From Candidatus Hodarchaeota archaeon (GTDB lineage Archaea; Asgardarchaeota; Lokiarchaeia; Sigyniarchaeales; SOKP01): DNA of 64,000 bases. This document shows positions 10,027 through 19,505 of this stretch, one piece after another (the stretch's first letter is position 1; each line of letters starts with the position of its first letter). A model generated the notes under the pieces. That model ran no database searches and was not told where the DNA came from. It saw only the letters and a list, made by a program, of their open reading frames with translations. The stretch lies in NCBI GenBank assembly GCA_048886685.1, contig JBHLKM010000001.1:358623-422622 (forward strand). Reading direction: 5' to 3'. The position numbers and the translations under genes were made by a program.

Positions 10027-10431
10027 ATACAATTCGGATCTGATTTAGGAATAAACCAAGAAGATATCGAGAAAATTAGTCCTCAAATTACATTTATAAC
10101 TTCTAATGCAGATATAGAAGCTATAGCGCTCGTAAGTTCTGAAGGTTATCAAATAGCATTTTCAGCGTTACCCCAATATCATGTTGATGGTGATCAATTT
10201 TGTGGACTTGCTAGTGCCTTATTAATGACTGGGAGATCAACAATTCAAACTTTATTTCAAGAGGATTTAAGTGAGGTTATTGTAAGAGCAGAAAATGGCT
10301 ATATTGTAATTACCAATGCCGGACGTTTAGTGATTGTTTGTGCTGGAACGATAATAGATACGTTGATGAAAACTGTAAAAGTTATGCGAATCGCTGCTAA
10401 AAATTTATATAAAGTATTCGAAAATAGGTAA
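10027..10431 (+). CDS. roadblock/LC7 (MglB-like) domain protein; true start probably upstream of the track ORF (ATA at 10027)
   Basis: In-frame extension gives ...DIEAIALVSSEGYQIAF...CGLASALLMTG...SEVIVRAENGYIVI, a complete roadblock fold; no ATG/GTG/TTG between the stop at 10012 and 10225; AGGTGG at 10015-10020. Confidence 0.8.
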   Translation: MQFGSDLGINQEDIEKISPQITFITSNADIEAIALVSSEGYQIAFSALPQYHVDGDQFCGLASALLMTGRSTIQTLFQEDLSEVIVRAENGYIVITNAGRLVIVCAGTIIDTLMKTVKVMRIAAKNLYKVFENR

Positions 10432-10562
10432 AACTTTTGTATTACTTTTTCTAAATAATTTAAATGAAAATACGTTTGACATTTCTATAAATCAGATTTT
10501 CATTAATAAATAATATCAAAAGAAAATAGTTAAGTTTTTAAACTATACAATAAAATAACCAC

Positions 10563-10570
10563 TATATTAA
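10563..10570 (+). promoter_or_regulatory. candidate TATA box for the trp leader/trpB2 transcript
   Basis: TATATTAA centred about 26 nt upstream of the leader ATG at 10593, consistent with a leaderless transcript. Confidence 0.45.
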
Positions 10571-10592
10571 ATTTTCTATTCAATAATCAATC

Positions 10593-10649
10593 ATGACACT
10601 TGCTAAAAACCTTGCTTGGTGTTGGCAGTGGCCTTGGCGTTGGCGATAA
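10593..10649 (+). CDS. Trp-rich leader peptide MTLAKNLAWCWQWPWRWR (trpL-like uORF)
   Basis: ATG ACA CTT GCT AAA AAC CTT GCT TGG TGT TGG CAG TGG CCT TGG CGT TGG CGA TAA; 5 TGG in alternate codons, GC-rich island about 150 nt upstream of trpB2. Confidence 0.85.
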   Translation: MTLAKNLAWCWQWPWRWR

Positions 10650-10733
10650 CGCCTTTACATTGGATAAAATTTAATTAAAACAAACTTTTTTTCATACCTT
10701 AGTTTTTACTAAGATTAAAAAGTCCTTTTTAAT
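10636..10733 (+). promoter_or_regulatory. candidate attenuator/terminator structures downstream of the Trp codons
   Basis: GGCGTT/AACGCC (10636-10653) competing with GGCG-ATAA-CGCC (10642-10653); T7 tract 10686-10692; hairpins CTTAGT-TTTT-ACTAAG (10698-10713) and ATTAAAAA-GTCC-TTTTTAAT (10714-10733). Confidence 0.5.
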
Positions 10734-10798
10734 TTGCATTAAACTATTGAATTCCGATATTTTAATGACACACATTTAATGTATGAAAATAATTATAT

Positions 10799-12214
10799 GT
10801 GGTAAATAAAATGGTAGATTATTTCAAAGCACGGATTTTATTAGAACCAAATGAGGTTCCTAAGGAATGGGTAAATATTGTGCCGGATTTGCCTGCGCCT
10901 ATGACGCCTTTAGTCAACCCTATGGATGGGAAACCTGCCCCGCCTGAAATGGCTTTTGCAATTTTTCCAAAAGAATGTGTGTTGCAGGAAGTATCTCAAG
11001 AAGAAACGATACCCATCCCTAATGAGGTAAGAGAGATATTCGTAAGTACTTACAGACCAACTCCTCTTCATCGCGCTTTAAGGTTGGAAAAACAGTTAGG
11101 AATAGAAGGAGATGATATAAAAATATTCTATAAGAATGAATCCGTATCTCCTACAGGATCACATAAGCCTAATACTGCTATTGCTCAAGCATATTATGCC
11201 AAGAAGGATGGATTAGAAGAGTTAGTCACTGAAACTGGTGCTGGCCAATGGGGTTCAGGTTTAGCGTATGGATGTAATTTATTTGATATCAAATGTACAG
11301 TTTATATGGTGAGAGCAAGTTTCTTCCAAAAACCAGGTAGAAAAATTTTGATGAGGTCGTATAATGCCGAAGTTCATGCTAGTCCTTCAAACTTAACCGA
11401 ATCAGGAAAAATGTTTGTAGAAAAAGATCCAGATCACCCAGGTAGTCTAGGAATTGCGATTTCTGAAGCAGTTGAACACAGTTTAGGCAAGGAGAAGAGT
11501 AGATATTCCTTAGGAAGCGTAGTAAATTTTGTACTACTGCATCAAACAATTGTTGGACAAGAAGCAAAGATCCAATTAGAAAAGGTAGGGATTAAAAAGC
11601 CTGATGTTGTAATTGGATGTATGGGGGGTGGATCTAACTTCGCTGGTTTAATGATTCCATTCGCTAAGGATAAATTGAATGGAATTAGTCCAGAAATTGA
11701 AATAATAGGAGTAGAACCACGTGCATGTCCTAGCGTATGCAAAGGTGAGTATCGATGGGATTTTGGAGATACTTCAATGAAAGGGCCAATTGTAAAAATG
11801 CACACTCTCGGTCATACCTTTATTCCAAGCCCGATTCATGCTGGTGGATTAAGGTACCATGGAATTGCTCCAATTGTTTCAATATTATACAACAATAAAG
11901 TAATGTCAGCTGTAATGCATCATCAAACTGAAATTATTGAAGCAGCATTACAATTTGCACAAGCAGAAGGAATTCTTGCTGCTCCCGAAACAGCACATGC
12001 AGTTAAGGAAGCAATCGATCAAGCTTTAAAAGCCAAGGAGGAGAAAGAAAAGAAAGTCATTCTATTTAATTTTAGCGGTCATGGATTTTTTGATTTATTA
12101 GCTTATAAAAGTTACATGACGGGTGAATTAGAAGATTACGAGTTACCGACAGAAGAAATCCAAAGAGCCTTAGCTTCCGACGAAATGCCAAAAATTGATG
12201 AGTCTCAATTCTAA
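10799..12214 (+). CDS. trpB2: tryptophan synthase beta chain, TrpB2 type (PLP enzyme); start may be ATG 10811
   Basis: YRPTPLHRA, GSHKPNTA (PLP Lys), TETGAGQWG, GGGSN, IHAGGLRYHG, APETAHA, NFSGHG. Confidence 0.95.
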   Translation: MVNKMVDYFKARILLEPNEVPKEWVNIVPDLPAPMTPLVNPMDGKPAPPEMAFAIFPKECVLQEVSQEETIPIPNEVREIFVSTYRPTPLHRALRLEKQLGIEGDDIKIFYKNESVSPTGSHKPNTAIAQAYYAKKDGLEELVTETGAGQWGSGLAYGCNLFDIKCTVYMVRASFFQKPGRKILMRSYNAEVHASPSNLTESGKMFVEKDPDHPGSLGIAISEAVEHSLGKEKSRYSLGSVVNFVLLHQTIVGQEAKIQLEKVGIKKPDVVIGCMGGGSNFAGLMIPFAKDKLNGISPEIEIIGVEPRACPSVCKGEYRWDFGDTSMKGPIVKMHTLGHTFIPSPIHAGGLRYHGIAPIVSILYNNKVMSAVMHHQTEIIEAALQFAQAEGILAAPETAHAVKEAIDQALKAKEEKEKKVILFNFSGHGFFDLLAYKSYMTGELEDYELPTEEIQRALASDEMPKIDESQF

Positions 12215-12316
12215 ATTATTATAAATTTATTTTTTTTTTCTTTTAATATTGATTTAGAGAAAATCTTAAAATTTAGGGATACTTTAAATATTAAAATTTC
12301 AAGAGATTGGTACTTA

Positions 12317-13384
12317 TTGAACCCCTTTTCATTTATTATTATTTGTTTCTTCTATTTTTATGGTTTTATCCTTTTCTATATCACTTATCTAACAAAAAAA
12401 AAAAGCGAGAAAAGAGCTTTTATCAATAATCTCGCAAACTCTATTATACTCATAACTTCTATTACAATTAATTTATTAATTATCTATTATAGAAATCCGA
12501 GTAATACTAGTTTTATTGCTTTCCCTTTTGATATTTTAATGCTTATATTTATTTTTTTATTTATCCCAGTTTTTTCTTTTTTTGTAATTAAGGAAAAGAG
12601 AAAAATTGAAAATGGCAGAATACCTCATGAAGAATTTAAATCAAAATCGAAAATTTTACCATTAAAATATGATATATATAGAAAAATGACTCATTTAGTT
12701 GTATTGGGGATAATATTTTTCTATTTTACCTTAGGTTTTTTAGTTCAGAATGTTTTTAAATATATTTCAGAACTGTTACCTAACTTTTTTATTGAAATGT
12801 TTGATATGGGTGATGATATAATGGTTTTTACTCAAAATTTAGTAGTTTTTTTAGTTGGCGTCTCTTTAATTGGATTATTAACAGCAGATTTTACTAGAGT
12901 CCTTCAGCCAAAATATTATCCTTTAAAACCAGTAAATCAAATACTTAAAGAAAAAGAATTATATATGCGATTAGGACCTCATATTTCAATGAGTATTGGT
13001 TGTTTTTCTATAATCCTTTTATATGGTCTTATTCAACCAGTAGGGCCTCTGATAATCTGTACTTCAATGGCCATGGCTGTTTTTGGAGATACAGCATCGA
13101 ATTTATTTGGTCGAACGTTAGGAAAAAGAAAAATTCGCGAAACGGAAAAAACTTATGAAGGTTTACTTGCTGGAGTCATAATTGCATTCATCTCTGGATT
13201 TATAGTATTAATAATCCTTAAAGATTTTTATTCACCTAAGAACTTTGGATTAATTTTTTTACCATTATTAGGAGCTATAATCCTTGGTTTTATAGATTAC
13301 CTAGATCTTGAAATAGATGATAATTTATCTTATAATTTCATTCTATCAACTGTTTTATTTTTTTGTTCACTTCTTCTCTTCTAA
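12317..13384 (+). CDS. dolichol/phytol kinase-like CTP-dependent membrane kinase
   Basis: RKMTHL, GDTASNLFGRTLG, KTYEG, DDNL motifs; multi-TM. Confidence 0.8.
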   Translation: MNPFSFIIICFFYFYGFILFYITYLTKKKSEKRAFINNLANSIILITSITINLLIIYYRNPSNTSFIAFPFDILMLIFIFLFIPVFSFFVIKEKRKIENGRIPHEEFKSKSKILPLKYDIYRKMTHLVVLGIIFFYFTLGFLVQNVFKYISELLPNFFIEMFDMGDDIMVFTQNLVVFLVGVSLIGLLTADFTRVLQPKYYPLKPVNQILKEKELYMRLGPHISMSIGCFSIILLYGLIQPVGPLIICTSMAMAVFGDTASNLFGRTLGKRKIRETEKTYEGLLAGVIIAFISGFIVLIILKDFYSPKNFGLIFLPLLGAIILGFIDYLDLEIDDNLSYNFILSTVLFFCSLLLF

Positions 13385-13427
13385 TTTAATTTTAACAAAA
13401 GCTTTTTCAATTAAGCTGATTTAATTT

Positions 13428-13937
13428 ATGAAAATGATGGAAGAAAAATTAAAAATCGATAAAATTTCTAAGGGAACAGTTATCGATCATATTGATGCAG
13501 GATATGCTTTAACAATTCTTGGCCTCACTGGCCTTGATGAAACTAAGAATTTAATAACTATAGGTGTTAATGTCTCTTCTAAAAAATATCAAACAAAAGA
13601 TATAATCAAAATCGAAAACGTATTTTTAAATGAAACTCAAATGCAACAAATTTCGATACTATCCCCAAACGCCAGTATTTCCTTAATTGAAAATTATAAA
13701 GTTATTGAAAAGAAGAAGGTGAAAATTCCAGAGATTATTAAAAAACTTATACTTTGTGTTAATCAAACCTGTATTTCAAATTCAGATGAACCTATTGATT
13801 CAGAGTTCTTAGTTTTAGAAGAAAAACCTTTAAAAATCCAATGTGCCTATTGTGAGCGGATATACAAACTAGAAGAAATCGTGTTCACATCCAAAGAAAA
13901 AAAGGAAAAAGTAGTAAAACAAACTATCAAATTATAG
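13428..13937 (+). CDS. pyrI: aspartate carbamoyltransferase regulatory chain
   Basis: KISKGTVIDHI, KDIIKIEN, CVNQTCIS...CAYCER zinc site. Confidence 0.95.
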   Translation: MKMMEEKLKIDKISKGTVIDHIDAGYALTILGLTGLDETKNLITIGVNVSSKKYQTKDIIKIENVFLNETQMQQISILSPNASISLIENYKVIEKKKVKIPEIIKKLILCVNQTCISNSDEPIDSEFLVLEEKPLKIQCAYCERIYKLEEIVFTSKEKKEKVVKQTIKL

Positions 13938-14216
13938 TCTCTTTCAATACTAAATGATAATGAAGATTTCAATTTCGACCATTTTAGTAGAATAAACCTA
14001 AAGAGTACTGTATAATTCCCTAAAATGATATTTTAAAGATATAACCTCTTATCCTCTATTATTTAAATACTTTAAACTCTTTAATCCAGATAATCTTTAA
14101 AGTAAGTGTTGTAATATTATTCCCAGTTTTTGAAAGTTTATATATAGCTGATAGATATAAGAGGATCGTCAGGTCTTACCCCATCTAATCTAAATACAGC
14201 TATAAAATTAAGTTTC

Positions 14217-14306
14217 TACTGGGAATGTATTTATAAATTAGAAGAAATTGTATTTAAATCTAAAGAAAAAAAGGAAAATATTGTAAAACAAAGAATTCAG
14301 TTATGA
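14217..14306 (+). pseudogene. diverged duplicate of the last 30 codons of pyrI
   Basis: YWECIYKLEEIVFKSKEKKENIVKQRIQL* versus pyrI YCERIYKLEEIVFTSKEKKEKVVKQTIKL* (13848-13937); 22/29 aa identical. Confidence 0.85.
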
Positions 14307-14324
14307 GATTGTGTTAAATCATTT

Positions 14325-14765
14325 TTAAATAAATATTTCTAAAATTGAAGAGAAATCAGGAATGAAGAAAAGAAGAGTGTGAGTAAGTACACCTCCAATC
14401 ATAAATAAAAAGAAAAATATCCCTATTCCTGGCAATATGACATTTTTCCATGTCCACTCTTCCTTGTCATATTCAAATTTTAAAATAAAATTATTTACAA
14501 TGAAAGGGAATATAAACCACCACGTTAACATCCATAAAAATAAAAACCATCCAATTAATCCAAATAATAATCTTCCGATAATGGCACTTAGAAAACCGGT
14601 TATTGCACGTATCCAGTATAGTTTTGTTTCTTTTTCTAGTCGAAGATCTAAATCTTTAGTTGCCTTCTTTTCTACTTTAATTGATTTATTTTGGAGTTCT
14701 TTCTTTTTCTCCTTTATTAACTTTTGCCTTCTTTTTTTAATATCTACTCTCTTGCGCTTTCCCAT
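14325..14765 (-). CDS. EMC6/Rab5IP-like three-TM membrane protein
   Basis: LYWIRAITGFLSAIIGRLLFGLIGWF...WKNVILPGIGIFFFLF pattern resembles EMC6; basic N-terminal tail. Confidence 0.55.
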   Translation of the reverse strand: MGKRKRVDIKKRRQKLIKEKKKELQNKSIKVEKKATKDLDLRLEKETKLYWIRAITGFLSAIIGRLLFGLIGWFLFLWMLTWWFIFPFIVNNFILKFEYDKEEWTWKNVILPGIGIFFFLFMIGGVLTHTLLFFIPDFSSILEIFI

Positions 14766-14839
14766 AATTATTAATATAAATATTATTTACTATAAAAATA
14801 ATTATATAACTCGATAAACTAAAAATTAGACAAGACATT

Positions 14840-16897
14840 ATGAATATCACAATGGAATTTTCCAATTTTGATGTATTCGCCATTGTTAAAGAATTGGATA
14901 CAATACTAAGAAATGGTTCGATTTCTAATATATATGAAGTTCAAGATTTATTAATTTTAAAAATAAATACGAATTTTGGGAAAAAAAATTTAATCATTAA
15001 AAAAGATTCACGGATTAATATAACGGAATATAATTATCCTATCCCTTCATTCCCCAGTCAATATATTAGAGCCTTGAGAAAGTTCTTAAAAAATAGACAG
15101 ATAATAGGGGTTTCTCAATACAAACTTGACAGAATTATAATAATAGAATTAACTAATAGAGACGAAGGAACTTGGAAATTTGTGATTGAGTTATTTAATA
15201 AGGGAAATTTTTTACTTCTTGATCAAAATGACATTATTATCATTGCCAAAAAATATCGGAAATTTAAGGATCGCACTATACTTGCAAAGAACGAATATAT
15301 TTTTCCTACTTCTCAAAAAAGAGATTTTTTCTCGATTAACAGGGAGGATTTCGAAGCATTATTTAAATTATCTGAAAGGGAAGTTGTAAGAGACATATCG
15401 AGAAAACTAAAGTTATCTGGTTTATATAGTGAAGAATTATGTAAAAGAGCAAGATTAAATAAGAAAAAGCTTGGTAAAGATCTAAGTGAAGCAGATTTTA
15501 ACAATTTATACGAATCTTTCAAGGGAATAAGAAATCAGCTCTTGTTTGGTTCGATAGACGCTCATATCATATTAGATCAACAAGGAAATGAAGTTACTGT
15601 TTTACCCTTTGAAACTAAGATTTTTGAAGATTATGAAAAAGTAAGATATTCTAGTTTTAACGAAGCTGTCGATGATTTTTATTCAAAAATTGACTTTGAG
15701 TCTATTAAAATCCCTAAAGATCGAAAAATAGAAGATCAGATCAGATCTCAGGAGAAGATATTAAAAAATCAACAAGATTATCTTGAAGAACTTAGAAAGA
15801 AAAAGAAAAAATACTATACAATAGGAGATTTTCTATATGCTAATTTCAATAAATTTGAAAAGTTGTTATCTGTTATTTTGGATGCGAGAAAAAAGGGATA
15901 CCCTTGGGATGAAATTAACGATAAATTGCAGCAAGCAAAGATTGATAGATTAGATGGAGCGGAGTTTTTTGACAAAATCTTACCTGCAATGAATCAAGTT
16001 TTAATAAAAGTTAATGGGAATGACGTTTATATAGATTTAAGAAAAAGTTTTGGAGAAAACGCAAATATAATTTATATGAAAGGGAAAAAAGCAGAAAAAA
16101 AAATAAAAGGAACAATTAAAGCAATTAAAGATACGAAAGAAAAAATAGAAAAATTAGTACATAAAAAGGAAGCAATAGATACTGGTATTGATTTCTTGAT
16201 TAGAAAACCAAAAAAAAAATGGTATGAAAAATTTAGATGGTTCAATTCATCCGATGGATTTTTAATTATTGGTGGAAGAGATGCTACGTCTAATGAAATA
16301 ATCTTCAAAAAACATCTAGCCACTAATGATTTAGTATTCCATACAAGCTTTCCTGGTTCTCCTTTAGCTGTGATTAAAAATCCAAATAATCAGGTAATCA
16401 CACCTGAAACTATTAATGAAACCGCAGAATTTGTTGCTAGTTATTCGCGAGCATGGAAAGAGAATTGGGGTGTAGTAGATGTTTTTTATGTAGAACCTAC
16501 CCAAATAACAAAAACACCACCTTCAGGAGAATATTTACAGAAAGGTTCATTTATCATTTCAGGGAAAAAGAACCTAATAAAGAATGCAAAAACAGAATTA
16601 ACGATTGGATTGAAATTTGCTGAGTTAAATGACAGATCAAATAAAGAAAGGCAAGTTTTCTATCCTAAAATAATTTGTGGTCCTGAAAAAGCAATCAAAA
16701 AGCAAACAAATCATACAATAACTATTGTACCATCTAAATCAAGTAGTTTAACAGCAGGTAATTTAGCTAAGGAAATAAAATCTTATTATCTTAATAATGT
16801 AGATAAAGATCTAAAAAAATGGGTAGAAATATTATCTTTAGACGAAATACTTTTGTTTCTTCCTAGTGGATTGTCTATGATAAAAAAAGATGCTTAA
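14840..16897 (+). CDS. rqcH: ribosome quality-control factor RqcH/NEMF (NFACT family)
   Basis: NFACT-N (LRKFL, LDRII, IELF), coiled coils, KKWYEKFRWFNSSDGFLIIGGRDA NFACT-R, GEYLQKGSF. Confidence 0.93.
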   Translation: MNITMEFSNFDVFAIVKELDTILRNGSISNIYEVQDLLILKINTNFGKKNLIIKKDSRINITEYNYPIPSFPSQYIRALRKFLKNRQIIGVSQYKLDRIIIIELTNRDEGTWKFVIELFNKGNFLLLDQNDIIIIAKKYRKFKDRTILAKNEYIFPTSQKRDFFSINREDFEALFKLSEREVVRDISRKLKLSGLYSEELCKRARLNKKKLGKDLSEADFNNLYESFKGIRNQLLFGSIDAHIILDQQGNEVTVLPFETKIFEDYEKVRYSSFNEAVDDFYSKIDFESIKIPKDRKIEDQIRSQEKILKNQQDYLEELRKKKKKYYTIGDFLYANFNKFEKLLSVILDARKKGYPWDEINDKLQQAKIDRLDGAEFFDKILPAMNQVLIKVNGNDVYIDLRKSFGENANIIYMKGKKAEKKIKGTIKAIKDTKEKIEKLVHKKEAIDTGIDFLIRKPKKKWYEKFRWFNSSDGFLIIGGRDATSNEIIFKKHLATNDLVFHTSFPGSPLAVIKNPNNQVITPETINETAEFVASYSRAWKENWGVVDVFYVEPTQITKTPPSGEYLQKGSFIISGKKNLIKNAKTELTIGLKFAELNDRSNKERQVFYPKIICGPEKAIKKQTNHTITIVPSKSSSLTAGNLAKEIKSYYLNNVDKDLKKWVEILSLDEILLFLPSGLSMIKKDA

Positions 16898-17637
16898 AGA
16901 AGACTTTGCCATTTCTTTATTTTAGGAATATTTTTATAATTGTCAAATAAAATACCATTAATACCTAAAGTAATCAAGGATTTAATTTTATTTATTGGGT
17001 TTTCGCTTCTAAGAAAATCCCAAGATAAAGATATAATCTTGTTTTTACGACACTTTTCAATAAATTCTTGCGAAATTAAGCTCGATCTTAAACTAATCAT
17101 GTCAATTTTCAAGATCGTACTTTTGTCATTACTTAACTCTAGAAATTCTGTCAGTGATAATCCTTGTCCCTTTGTAATATTATAACACATTTTATTCTGA
17201 GGAAATTTTTTTTTAAATTCCAATAAATCCATTAAATATTTCCCACTAATAATGCAATCTTCTAATAGATCATTTTCTATAATTAATTTAACAATATCAT
17301 CAATCAAGCTCTTTTCTTTTAATTCAATCATAAATTTAGTTTTTCCTTTTAGTTCATTGAAAACCTCAGATAATAAGGGAATAAAAGATAAATTAACTTT
17401 TGTCCTAAAATTTAATATTTCTTTATGAGTAAGCTCCTTTACTAATCCCATGCCATTAGTAGTCCTTTTTAAAGTAGGATCATGTATTACTATGAGTTTT
17501 TCATCTTTAGTTTTTCGAACATCAAGTTCAATACAGTCTGCACCATACTCTATCGCTTTTTTGAAAGCTAGGATTGTATTTTCGTCATAAGATACACTAG
17601 TACCTCTATGTCCGATAAAAAGAAAGTCTTGAATCAT
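16894..17637 (-). CDS. glycerophosphodiester phosphodiesterase
   Basis: IGHRG...ENT, IELDVRKTKD, VIHD, IELK. Confidence 0.92.
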   Translation of the reverse strand: MIQDFLFIGHRGTSVSYDENTILAFKKAIEYGADCIELDVRKTKDEKLIVIHDPTLKRTTNGMGLVKELTHKEILNFRTKVNLSFIPLLSEVFNELKGKTKFMIELKEKSLIDDIVKLIIENDLLEDCIISGKYLMDLLEFKKKFPQNKMCYNITKGQGLSLTEFLELSNDKSTILKIDMISLRSSLISQEFIEKCRKNKIISLSWDFLRSENPINKIKSLITLGINGILFDNYKNIPKIKKWQSLL

Positions 17638-17651
17638 TATTTCTTAAGTTG

Positions 17652-18080
17652 TTATAATTCTTGGACTATATATAAATAGATTATAATCACTAATAATCCA
17701 ATAAATGATAAAGCAAATACCCAAAGATTTAATATTGTTTGCATTAAAGAAAGAGCGATGAGTAATAATAATTCTTTCCAGTCTAATGGTTTACCCGTTA
17801 ATTCTTTATAATTTCCAACACTAATCATTATGAAAAGAAAAAATAAAAGAATTGTAATCACTTTTATCAAAAAATCTAACATATCAAATAAAATATTGAT
17901 ATTAGTAAAAATGGAAATTTCTAGTATTACAAATATTATATTAAAAAAAAGCGAAATAATGTAAAAAATTATACTGAGAACACAAGCAATAATAACTGTT
18001 CTATAAGCAAATTTGTCATCAGATCTTCTTTTAATCTTTAATTTCTGCTCTTTTATTTGATCTTTAGGAACTTTTGACAT
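17652..18080 (-). CDS. membrane protein of unknown function
   Basis: 3-4 hydrophobic helices. Confidence 0.6.
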   Translation of the reverse strand: MSKVPKDQIKEQKLKIKRRSDDKFAYRTVIIACVLSIIFYIISLFFNIIFVILEISIFTNINILFDMLDFLIKVITILLFFLFIMISVGNYKELTGKPLDWKELLLLIALSLMQTILNLWVFALSFIGLLVIIIYLYIVQEL

Positions 18081-18081
18081 A

Positions 18082-18879
18082 CTAACTTCTCAATCTTTCA
18101 ACTTTCTCTTTTAATTTAATAATTTTATAGATGTAGTACCCGAAGAAAATTCCAATTACACTAAATGCTATTATTGACAAAATGATAAGAATTAAGTCTA
18201 TTAATATCAGTTCTTCTTCAATCGGTTCTTTAATATTAATAATAATAATTTCGCTTTTTATAATACCTTGAGGGTAAGCAGGATTTTCTCCATAGGTTAT
18301 GTTAAATGCATAACTCTCATAATCGAGTATTGAATCTTCACTTTCTCCATTTGTATTGTTTTGTCCAATTGGAAAAGAAAATTCATAAATAGATATATCT
18401 CCTTTTAATTTCGCCGCACCGTCACCATCATATCGTGTATCATTCAAAAACAAGCTGTTATTAATGTAATAATCAAGATAAATAAAATCATTAGCACTTA
18501 TATTCGTAAACTGAACAAATTTCGCATCAATAAAATCTTCTAAGCTTTCTGAAGAACTATTGGAAACTAAAATCCCTATAAATTCAGTATCATTATGATA
18601 TCCTGAAAATAAATCAAGTTGTAATGATATAAAAAGTTCTTGGTTAGTTTGCATAACCCATAGATCTATTGGTAAATCTGTAAGATTAATTTGAGTTTTA
18701 AACGATTTATTCCATTCACCTATAGAATCATCAATATTCCCATCAATAATAGGAGCTTGCCCAAATTCGGGATTAATTTCTACTGCGGCACCATAACTAC
18801 TAATTATGTAAAAAGATGATACTATAGAAATATTTACCAGTAGAATCCACAATAATACAAAAAATGCTATTTTCCTCAA
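18082..18879 (-). CDS. secreted, C-terminally anchored protein with DOMON/CBM9-like domain
   Basis: N-terminal signal, APIIDGNIDDSIGEW and YEFSFP motifs, C-terminal TM with basic tail. Confidence 0.55.
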   Translation of the reverse strand: MRKIAFFVLLWILLVNISIVSSFYIISSYGAAVEINPEFGQAPIIDGNIDDSIGEWNKSFKTQINLTDLPIDLWVMQTNQELFISLQLDLFSGYHNDTEFIGILVSNSSSESLEDFIDAKFVQFTNISANDFIYLDYYINNSLFLNDTRYDGDGAAKLKGDISIYEFSFPIGQNNTNGESEDSILDYESYAFNITYGENPAYPQGIIKSEIIIINIKEPIEEELILIDLILIILSIIAFSVIGIFFGYYIYKIIKLKEKVERLRS

Positions 18880-19053
18880 GGTGAATAAGCCATTTATTTT
18901 TAATTTGCTATATCATTAGTTTTGTTTAATATTAAAATTGATAATTAAAATTTAATTTAATATTTTTCCTTACTTTATTCTATAATATTCAATTTTTACA
19001 TCAATACAAATTATCAAAAAAAATGTGAAGAAATAACTCAGTTTTAACATAAT

Positions 19054-19503
19054 TTAAGTTAAATATTTTGGAAGCAAAACAACACAATTGAATTTATTAA
19101 GATAAGTAATAATATAATTAATCAAATTTTTAATTTCATGTTTGGCTTCAGATTGATTATTATTACTATACTCGATAAATGGTTTTGGTCCAATAGCTAC
19201 AAGAGCGCCGGTTAAATCTTTTTCTCTCTTTATAAAAAACCAAAATGGTTTTTTTTTTTCATTATCCTTAACTATTAACAACATCCAAGGATTTAATGTC
19301 CAATCTTTCTCATCTGGATCAATCACTTTTTCTATGGCTTTATGAGTAATATATTTTCTAGACATCTTTATTGACTTAATAAGGGCATTAAAAAAGCTTC
19401 TTTTTATTTTCAGGTAGCCCCCAAAATAAGCTTTGGCATCAAATAATTCCAATATTTGGTCAGTTCCATCTGATAATTTAAGAAATATTTTCCAGGGTTC
19501 CAT
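19054..19503 (-). CDS. hypothetical protein
   Basis: 149-aa ORF, last gene of the rpp30-pop5 run. Confidence 0.65.
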   Translation of the reverse strand: MEPWKIFLKLSDGTDQILELFDAKAYFGGYLKIKRSFFNALIKSIKMSRKYITHKAIEKVIDPDEKDWTLNPWMLLIVKDNEKKKPFWFFIKREKDLTGALVAIGPKPFIEYSNNNQSEAKHEIKNLINYIITYLNKFNCVVLLPKYLT

Positions 19504-19505
19504 AA

